Below, piece by piece: positions 54,001-61,146 of a stretch of DNA of 64,000 nt. Position numbers and translations under genes: made by a program. The notes beneath the pieces were generated by a model. It did not search any database, was not told the DNA's origin, and saw only the letters and a list, made by a program, of their open reading frames with translations. The first letter of the stretch is position 1. Every line of letters begins with the position of its first letter. The DNA is from an uncultured Acidimicrobiales bacterium (GTDB lineage: Bacteria > Actinomycetota > Acidimicrobiia > Acidimicrobiales > Aldehydirespiratoraceae): contig CAZHMP010000002.1 of the NCBI GenBank assembly GCA_964533595.1, positions 5,000 through 68,999 of the forward strand, in the 5' to 3' direction.

Positions 54001-55014
54001 ATCATCCAATTTGCCCTGGGCCGAACCGTCATCGATCGCCGAGGCTGCCAGAGCCACGGCCGCGCCGATCTCGTCGGCCATGCCTGCCACCACAAGGCCG
54101 GCCGCGGCGTTCAATACCACGATGTCGCGCGCGGGCGAAACTTCGCCGGACAATACGGATCGCGCGATTCTGGCATTGGCCACGCAGTCGCCACCCGCGA
54201 GGTCCGCTGCTCCCACTCGAGGCAATCCGAATTCTTCGGCATCCACCGAAATCTCCTCGATTTGGCCGTGATCGAGTGAGAGAGCTCTTGACGGACCGGT
54301 CGTGGTGAGCTCATCGAGGCCCTCGCCGTGCACGATCAGCGACCTGATCGACCCTGTGGCAGCGAGTACCTCTGCCATGGTGTGGGCCAGGTTCCAATCG
54401 GCGACGCCGATCACCTGACGAGTCAGGCGGCCGGGATGAGCCAGGGGACCCAGAACATTGAATACGGTCGGGATTCCGAGCTCAGCTCTCACCGGCCCAA
54501 CGTGTCGCATCGACGGGTGGAACGTCCGTGCGAAGGCGAATCCAATTCCGATCTGCTTCACATGAGACTCGAGAACTTCGGGCGTTGTGTCGATCGGGAC
54601 GCCGAGCTCCTCCAACAAGTCGAAGCTACCGGACGTGGACGATGCCTTTCTGTTGCCGTGCTTGCATACGGTTGCACCGGCCCCGGCTGCCACAAATGCA
54701 GCCATCGTGGAGACATTCAGTGCGTGGGTTCGCCGGGAGGCGGCTCCGCCCATACCCACGATGTCGATGGTGTTGTGAGGCAGGTCCAGCGGGTTAGATG
54801 CATCGAGCATCGAACGCTGCATTCCCACGAGTTCATCAACCGAGGCCCCCTTGATCTGGAGTCCGACGATGAACGCCGCAACCTGCGCGTCAGTTGCCTC
54901 ACCGGCGAGGATTTCGGCCAGTACCGCGCTTGTGGTCGCAGAATCCAGGTCGGCCCCGGATGCCAGTCGCCCGAGAATCCCCGGCCAGCCACCAAATTCA
55001 TCGAGTCCGTGCAT
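53983..55014 (-). CDS. trpD: Anthranilate phosphoribosyltransferase
   Basis: KHGNRKASSTSGSFDLLE, FHPSMRHVGPVR, FNVLGPLAHP and GLDE motifs. The PRPP loop reads GMGGAAS instead of GTGGDG. Confidence 0.92.
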   Translation of the reverse strand: MHGLDEFGGWPGILGRLASGADLDSATTSAVLAEILAGEATDAQVAAFIVGLQIKGASVDELVGMQRSMLDASNPLDLPHNTIDIVGMGGAASRRTHALNVSTMAAFVAAGAGATVCKHGNRKASSTSGSFDLLEELGVPIDTTPEVLESHVKQIGIGFAFARTFHPSMRHVGPVRAELGIPTVFNVLGPLAHPGRLTRQVIGVADWNLAHTMAEVLAATGSIRSLIVHGEGLDELTTTGPSRALSLDHGQIEEISVDAEEFGLPRVGAADLAGGDCVANARIARSVLSGEVSPARDIVVLNAAAGLVVAGMADEIGAAVALAASAIDDGSAQGKLDDLVAAG

Positions 55015-55030
55015 CTCGTACCTCCAGAAA

Positions 55031-55639
55031 TCAGGGACGTAGATCTTGCATCAACGTCTCGATCGTGGCCTCGGACAGAGGCGTTGCGTGTTGATAGTTG
55101 GGGTGGTCTATCACCAGATTCACCGGTCCACGGCGGAACTCCGAGATCTCGCTACCACTACCCGACCGATCCACCGCGAATCTTACGTAGTTGACCGAGG
55201 GCGGAATCTCGCGAGTGAGGAGTTCAGCATGAGCTTCTTCGATGTCTGCCTTGATGGTGATGGCCTCGTCGCCTTCCCCGATTCTCAGAAACAGGCAATC
55301 GAGAATCCCAACCAACAGCGGCTTCCAATGACGCTGTTCCTCATCGGTCACCATTTCGATGAACATCGTGGTCGACAACTCACCAGGTTCCGGAATCAGC
55401 GGGTTGTAGGTGTCGAGTTCGTTGAGGATGGCGTCATCGGTGAGCAGCTTCTCCACGCGTGCCATCTCTTGGATCTGGAACCTGATCGTGTCGCGATTCT
55501 CGAATACGAAGGTGACGATCGGGCCGACCGCCACCCGTCGAAGTTTCTTCAGTTCGATGATTCTTGCCCGAAACGAGTCGCGCTCGCGCTCGTAGGCCCG
55601 CTGGTCTGCGATGTCGGACAGAGCGAGTTTCGCAGTCAT
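55031..55639 (-). CDS. DUF3501 family protein
   Basis: LSDIADQRAYERERDSFRARIIELKKLRRVAVGP..TFVFENRDTIRFQIQEM matches DUF3501. The start overlaps the upstream Fe-S gene stop by 4 nt. Confidence 0.8.
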   Translation of the reverse strand: MTAKLALSDIADQRAYERERDSFRARIIELKKLRRVAVGPIVTFVFENRDTIRFQIQEMARVEKLLTDDAILNELDTYNPLIPEPGELSTTMFIEMVTDEEQRHWKPLLVGILDCLFLRIGEGDEAITIKADIEEAHAELLTREIPPSVNYVRFAVDRSGSGSEISEFRRGPVNLVIDHPNYQHATPLSEATIETLMQDLRP

Positions 55640-56970
55640 GATTCTTTCGCGATTCCGTAGGCACGAGCCACGATCTGAAGTGGGTGAACCGGCTGGTCGC
55701 CGGTTTCCAGCTGGATCCCACCATTGGCGAGCGAACAGTCTCCGGCGACGATGTCACTTCCGGCGCTGTCGATGGCTTTGGCCATCTTGGAGGCGACGCC
55801 GCGTGCCATATCGAAGTTGCGTTCCTTCAACCCCCAAGTGCCGTCGATTCCGGAGCATTCAGCCACGACCTTCACTTTCGCGCCGGTGAGTTTGAGTAGA
55901 TCACGGCTCTTCAGTCCGATGTTTTGCGCGCGCAGATGACATGGAGCGTGGTAAGTGATCGTGACCGGCACCTCACCGGGGAACTGAGTGTCGAGTTCGA
56001 GTCCCTCGGTCTTGTTCACCTCAACGAGATACTCGGCTGCATCTCGCGTGCGTGACGCCACCAGCTCGGCCTTTGCTCCGCCCACGTAGTCGACGTAGTC
56101 ATGTTTCAGGACGTAGCCGCACGTTGGTTGCGGGACGACCACCACGGCTTCAGGATCACCGTCTGCTCGGGCGTCATCTGCAGCTTTGAGAGCCTCCGAA
56201 ATGACGTCGATGTTCTTGCTGGCGTGCTTGCGAAACGAGTCGACATCACCGTGATGCAGATAGGGCGCTCCGCAACACACCTCCCCTTCAGGGAGATTGC
56301 ATTTGATGCCGTTGTGCTCGTACACCTTCACCATGTCGTGACCAGTCCCGGCATCCTGGTATTCGACAATGCAGGTGGGGAACAACACAGCGGTCGCTTG
56401 ATGGGGGCGACCCAGCGCCGTGTCGTGTTTCTTGAACCATGTCGAGAACCGCTGGCGCGCGTACGGCGGCAACACCCTCTGGGCCGAGATTCCAATCGTC
56501 TTCTCAACCAGCAGCCGGATCTTGCCGCCCGGCTTCGACAACGCCTTGTTGACAAGAGGTGCTGCTTTGGTGTTCACCGATCCGATCAGGTCGGTGTTCG
56601 CGAGGGCCTTGTCGGCCAACTTGTGGCGCAACGGTTGCTTGCGGTTTTGGTGGAGGACCTGCTCGGCCCTCAACATCAGCCTCGGGAAATCAAGATTCCA
56701 CTCATGCAAATCGGGTGTGTACGGACAATTCACGTAGCACAGCTTGCAATTGAAACACTCGTCGACAACTTGATTCTGCTGCTCGACTGTGAGCTTTGCT
56801 GCATCTTGATCTTCGTGCGCATCTATGAACGAAAACAACGATGGGAACGATTCGCAGAACTTGAAGCACAAGCGGCAACCGCTGCAATGATCGAATACGC
56901 GGGTCATCTCCGCACGTAGGTCCGATTCCTCGAAGTACGTCGCGTCGAAGGGATCATACGTTGTGGTCAT
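55636..56970 (-). CDS. Heterodisulfide-reductase-related (Fe-S)-binding protein with CCG domains
   Basis: [15 protein letters not shown] and [13 protein letters not shown] (two 4Fe-4S motifs), plus CCG-type Cys-rich repeats (VCCGAPY, CHLRAQ). Confidence 0.85.
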   Translation of the reverse strand: MTTTYDPFDATYFEESDLRAEMTRVFDHCSGCRLCFKFCESFPSLFSFIDAHEDQDAAKLTVEQQNQVVDECFNCKLCYVNCPYTPDLHEWNLDFPRLMLRAEQVLHQNRKQPLRHKLADKALANTDLIGSVNTKAAPLVNKALSKPGGKIRLLVEKTIGISAQRVLPPYARQRFSTWFKKHDTALGRPHQATAVLFPTCIVEYQDAGTGHDMVKVYEHNGIKCNLPEGEVCCGAPYLHHGDVDSFRKHASKNIDVISEALKAADDARADGDPEAVVVVPQPTCGYVLKHDYVDYVGGAKAELVASRTRDAAEYLVEVNKTEGLELDTQFPGEVPVTITYHAPCHLRAQNIGLKSRDLLKLTGAKVKVVAECSGIDGTWGLKERNFDMARGVASKMAKAIDSAGSDIVAGDCSLANGGIQLETGDQPVHPLQIVARAYGIAKES

Positions 56971-57019
56971 CTGGTGCTCCCGAGGAAATCAAACGATGGC
57001 AATGAGAGCCCACCGCGGT

Positions 57020-57042
57020 CGGCGCCGGCAACGCCGGCGCCG
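57020..57042 (-). other. GC-rich 10-bp hairpin between the rubrerythrin and Fe-S genes
   Basis: CGGCGCCGGC-AAC-GCCGGCGCCG is a perfect stem with a 3-nt loop in the 107-nt intercistronic gap. No U-tract follows it on the sense strand. Confidence 0.5.
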
Positions 57043-57077
57043 TCCGGGTGGGAGAGCATTGGATTCCGTTCAGCTAT

Positions 57078-57503
57078 TCAGCTCAGTTCTTCGAGCCCGG
57101 TGGCGAAGCGACCGGCGTGGCTTTTCTCGGCCTTGGCCAAGGTCTCCATCCATTCGGCGACCTCGTTGAATCCCTCTTCGCGAGCCGTCTTTGCCATTCC
57201 GGGGTACATCTCTGTGTACTCGTAGGTCTCACCCGCGATCGAAGCCCTGAAGTTGTCTTCCGTGTCGCCGATTGGCTCACCGGTGGCGGGATCTCCAACT
57301 TCGGCGATGTAGTCGAGGTGGCCATGGGCGTGGCCGGTTTCGCCTTCGGCGACCGAGCGGAACAACGCCGCAGCGTCCGGGTAACCCTCGATGTCGGCCT
57401 TCTGGGCAAAGTAGAGATAGCGGCGATTCGCCTGGCTCTCTCCGGCAAATGCTGCCTTCAAATTTTCGAGTGTCTGTGAACCAGCCAGTTCAGGCATGGG
57501 CAT
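57078..57503 (-). CDS. Rubrerythrin-family diiron protein (no rubredoxin domain)
   Basis: [35 protein letters not shown] and EKSHAGRF provide the ExxH diiron ligands. At 141 aa it has no C-terminal CxxC pair. Confidence 0.9.
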   Translation of the reverse strand: MPMPELAGSQTLENLKAAFAGESQANRRYLYFAQKADIEGYPDAAALFRSVAEGETGHAHGHLDYIAEVGDPATGEPIGDTEDNFRASIAGETYEYTEMYPGMAKTAREEGFNEVAEWMETLAKAEKSHAGRFATGLEELS

Positions 57504-57515
57504 CTCCTATTTCTG

Positions 57516-57962
57516 TCATTGTTGGTAGTTGGAATTTCGGACTTGATCGACATTGCAGCTTGTGCATTCACCACGCATCACCAAATCGGCGCTCGACACG
57601 GATATGCCCATTTCGGCCAAGCCACCCAATCGAACGTCGACGGCCATGGCCGGCACGTCGACGACGGCAGAGCAAGTGTCGCACACCAGATGATGGTGAG
57701 GCGACAAATTGTGGTCGAATCGAAGTGCACCCGTGCCGAGATCCAACGCCACGAGTTCACCGATACCGATGAGTTCGTGAAGGACCTGGTAGACGGTTCT
57801 CAGCGACACATTGGGAAGCGTTTCGGTGACGGTGTTGTGTACGTGATCAGCTGTTGAATGCCCCGAGCTTGCATTGAGTGCCTCGAACACCGCGATTCGC
57901 TGAGGAGTGACCTTCAGGTCGGCCTCACGGAATCGTTGGGCAAGATACTCGGGCGATTTCAC
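57516..57962 (-). CDS. fur: Fur-family metalloregulator (PerR/FurA-like by context)
   Basis: LKVTPQRIAVFEAL DNA-binding helix, HHHLVCDTC and CTSC (structural Zn site). The start is GTG, and the gene lies 12 nt upstream of the rubrerythrin gene. Confidence 0.9.
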   Translation of the reverse strand: MKSPEYLAQRFREADLKVTPQRIAVFEALNASSGHSTADHVHNTVTETLPNVSLRTVYQVLHELIGIGELVALDLGTGALRFDHNLSPHHHLVCDTCSAVVDVPAMAVDVRLGGLAEMGISVSSADLVMRGECTSCNVDQVRNSNYQQ

Positions 57963-57983
57963 GTGGCCACACTACCCGCTCTA

Positions 57984-58014
57984 CCTCTAATCAACAATCA
58001 TTGTTGATTAGAGG
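57984..58014. promoter_or_regulatory. 31-bp perfect palindrome, candidate Fur/PerR-family operator
   Basis: CCTCTAATCAACAAT-C-ATTGTTGATTAGAGG has perfect 15-nt arms. It lies 21 nt upstream of the fur GTG and 45-81 nt upstream of the divergent membrane-protein gene. The core AACAATcATTGTT resembles 7-1-7 Fur-family boxes. Confidence 0.6.
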
Positions 58015-58095
58015 ATCGGCTCGACGGATCGAACACGCGAATCGGTCGCCGATACGCTCGTGCAACTCCAACTTCCTGACCGGTGGTCGACCAAA

Positions 58096-58481
58096 ATGCT
58101 CTCGCGACTTGATCTCAACGTAGTCACCGCAGGAGCGATCATGGCCCTGCTGTTGACCGGGCCCGCGGCGATTGCCAAGACCATGATCAACGACGATTCC
58201 TCGCCTTGGCTGCTCATCATTTATCCGGCGATTGTCATTGGCTACATCCTGGGAGGTGCGCTCGCCGGCAGGCAGCACCCACGCACAGCTTTCATGCACG
58301 GTGCGGCATCCACGGTTCTGGCGTTCTCCATACTCCAAACGGTCGGGATCATCAGACGACTTGCCGGCAGTGAATCCATTTCCGTCGGTGCGCTCGTGTT
58401 CAACGCTCTTCTTGCGTCAACTCTCGGGGTCATCGGCGCATGGTTCGGCGCACGACGCGGCACACTTGACGCTGGTGGCGG

Positions 58482-58497
<16 letters not shown>
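58096..58497 (+). CDS. Hypothetical membrane protein
   Basis: Four predicted TM helices, divergent from fur. The start is ATG 58096 or GTG 58060. The 3' end overlaps the predicted 5' end of RNase P RNA by ~16 nt. Confidence 0.5.
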
Positions 58498-58830
<333 letters not shown>

Positions 58831-58856
58831 TCGCCACCACTTCACAGCAGCAATCG

Positions 58857-59249
58857 TCAGTCGTCCGCCGTCGGGCGACGTCGGAGCTTTTTTGTGTCTG
58901 AGCGACGTCGCTTCGTCTCAACCCGGCGTTTCTGGCTGCCGCGAGTGGGTCGAGTCGCCCTTCGCTTTCTCTCCACTCGCAGGGCACTCGCTACGCGTTC
59001 CCGAATTCGCTCCACTGCCAATTGACGATTCCGATATTGAGATCGCTCGTCATCGACGGTGACCCTGATCACATCTCCGAGCCGGTCGACAACCCGGTCG
59101 CGAAGGTGAGCGGGCATGCTCGGAGAGTCGGCGGGGCGAAAGACCGCATCAACTTTGGTGTTGGACCTGTTGGCATGTTGCCCGCCCGGGCCCCCCGAGG
59201 CCACAAAATGAACCTCAATCTCGTTCTCGGGAACAAGCCACGACGCCAT
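58857..59249 (-). CDS. arfB: Alternative ribosome-rescue factor ArfB (peptidyl-tRNA hydrolase, GGQ domain)
   Basis: 130 aa with VASGGPGGQHANRSNTKV (GGQ motif) and a highly basic C-terminal tail. Confidence 0.88.
   Translation of the reverse strand: MASWLVPENEIEVHFVASGGPGGQHANRSNTKVDAVFRPADSPSMPAHLRDRVVDRLGDVIRVTVDDERSQYRNRQLAVERIRERVASALRVERKRRATRPTRGSQKRRVETKRRRSDTKKLRRRPTADD
58864..58893 (+). terminator. Candidate intrinsic terminator of rnpB (hairpin + T6), embedded in the arfB 3' coding region
   Basis: TCCG-c-CGTC-GGGC-GACG-t-CGGA followed by GC-TTTTTT on the plus strand, ~35 nt after the predicted rnpB 3' end. Confidence 0.4.
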
Positions 59250-59887
59250 CAGGAACCCTGACTATCGGCAGCAATTCTGCCGCTGTCGAGATGATGAGTC
59301 TCATTGAAACTGATCAGGCGAGGAATCCTTCCCGAATTGTCGATTCGGTGGACCGATGCCTGAGCGACGTGGCATTTCCATGCAATGTCAGGGCCACAGC
59401 CGATGACCCATCCCACGGCCGCCTTGATTGGCGAGACATGTGTGACCACGATCGCGTCTCGACCTGCGAGCTCGTCGAGCGCCTCGGACACCCTCCTTGA
59501 AACGTCTCCGAGGGTCTCGCCACCTCCGGGCGACCACTCCGCATCGGCTTGCCAGCGTCTCCATGCCTCGGGCTTCACCTCGGACACCCGCAAACCTTCG
59601 AGATCTCCATAGTCGATCTCGATGAATCGCTCCTCGATGATCGGCGCCGTGTTGCCCCGCATGCGATCGCAGATCAGTGCGGCCGTTTCTCGGCAGCGCA
59701 GGAGCGGGCTGGAAATCACGACCGGATCAAATCTCGCCGCCCCCACACCCTTTGCCGACGCGGAGATCAACTCACCGAGAGCCGCCGCTTGCGAATGACC
59801 CACATCATCGAGCGCGGGATCACGACGACCGAGAAGTTCACCCGCAGCATTGGCCCCGGTTCGGCCATGCCTGGCAAGAATCAACAT
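59249..59887 (-). CDS. Histidine phosphatase (phosphoglycerate mutase-like/CobC-like) family protein
   Basis: LILARHGRTGAN (RHG catalytic motif) and VVTHVSP. Confidence 0.85.
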   Translation of the reverse strand: MLILARHGRTGANAAGELLGRRDPALDDVGHSQAAALGELISASAKGVGAARFDPVVISSPLLRCRETAALICDRMRGNTAPIIEERFIEIDYGDLEGLRVSEVKPEAWRRWQADAEWSPGGGETLGDVSRRVSEALDELAGRDAIVVTHVSPIKAAVGWVIGCGPDIAWKCHVAQASVHRIDNSGRIPRLISFNETHHLDSGRIAADSQGS

Positions 59888-59903
59888 GGTCTCAACCGAC
59901 TGA

Positions 59904-60392
59904 TCATCGCAAGAGTTCCCTGGGCAGCCGACCTGTCTGCGCCAATCGGCGCCGGTTGCCCTGATCGGCCAACTCGAACTTGGCCACCAGCCACACCATC
60001 GCCACCAAACCGATCAGCTCCATGACCACCAACAGCGCGAGAGGTCGATCGAACTCCGGCAGCGGCCGCCGCGCGATCTCGTCGACACCAGCCATCGGCC
60101 ACCAAAACAGGCCGGTGCGGGACCAAGCTCCGGATGTCACAAGAAAGACGAACGTGCCGATTGGCGCTCCGAGAATCTGCCTGCGCAGAATCCGACGACC
60201 ACGAGTGAACAGCATCACCAAGGCCAGAAGGCCGACACTTCCGATCAAGGTGTGAAGCACAAGTGGTCGGCCACTGACATCTTCAATCAAGGGTGCGACT
60301 CCACCCAGCACTACGAATCTGTAGTCGACCGACGGGCTGTCGAACACAAACAACACGACGAGCACCGCCGAAGCTACGAACCAGAAAAACAT
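59904..60392 (-). CDS. Hypothetical integral membrane protein
   Basis: 162 aa with 4-5 hydrophobic helices. No motif was recognised. Confidence 0.55.
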   Translation of the reverse strand: MFFWFVASAVLVVLFVFDSPSVDYRFVVLGGVAPLIEDVSGRPLVLHTLIGSVGLLALVMLFTRGRRILRRQILGAPIGTFVFLVTSGAWSRTGLFWWPMAGVDEIARRPLPEFDRPLALLVVMELIGLVAMVWLVAKFELADQGNRRRLAQTGRLPRELLR

Positions 60393-60425
60393 AGGGACCG
60401 TGCCCGGGACTCGCCGTTGGTTTGG

Positions 60426-61136
60426 TCAGAGGACGACAATGCGTCCGCACTCGCTGCAGTGTTCCAAAGTGCCCGAGTCGGCGTGCTTCAGACGATCCAC
60501 TTCAACCGACGGCATCACCGATGGACACCCGACGCACTTTCGGCCATCGAATCGAACAACCGTCGCCGAACCGAACAACGGTTGCAGCTGCTCGTAGTCA
60601 TCGAGAAGAGATTTGTCGACTGCGGCAACCTCGGACTCTCGTCGCTGCTTCAATACAGCCAGTTGGGCGTCGATCTCCGACTCCGAAGCCTGGATCTTGG
60701 ATGTCAATTCGGTTATCTGCCCGTCGAGGCCAGAGCAAGAACCTTCCAGGTCGGCCACTCTTCGGCCGAGAGCCTCGGCCTCTTCCATGGCCGCCAGCGC
60801 ATTGTCCTCAATCGACTCCTGACGGGCTTTGAGGCCGGCGATTTCATCCTGCAAAGCCTGGAGGTCTTTCATGCCTGTGACTTCACCGCTATAGAGACGA
60901 GCCACATCCGCCTCTGCCTTCGTGGCGATGGTCTGGGCCTCGTCCTCGAACCGGCGTTGGCGAGTGGCAGCTTCCACCCTCGCCGCGGCCACCTCGTCGA
61001 TGACCTCCTGCTCGGCGGCACGTTTGGTCTTGGCCTCAGCCAGCAAGGATCGTTCCTCGAGAGTTTTGCGCCGATGAGCGAGTTGCTTCGACTCGACGTC
61101 GATCGATTGGATCTGAACCAGTTGCTCAAAGCTCAT
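60426..61136 (-). CDS. C4-type zinc-ribbon coiled-coil protein (DUF164/COG1579 family)
   Basis: Long coiled coil, then CVGC...x...CSEC at the C-terminus. I trimmed the start to the ATG at 61136, since the upstream ORF codons overlap the PBP gene. Confidence 0.8.
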   Translation of the reverse strand: MSFEQLVQIQSIDVESKQLAHRRKTLEERSLLAEAKTKRAAEQEVIDEVAAARVEAATRQRRFEDEAQTIATKAEADVARLYSGEVTGMKDLQALQDEIAGLKARQESIEDNALAAMEEAEALGRRVADLEGSCSGLDGQITELTSKIQASESEIDAQLAVLKQRRESEVAAVDKSLLDDYEQLQPLFGSATVVRFDGRKCVGCPSVMPSVEVDRLKHADSGTLEHCSECGRIVVL

Positions 61137-61146
61137 GTGGTGAGTC

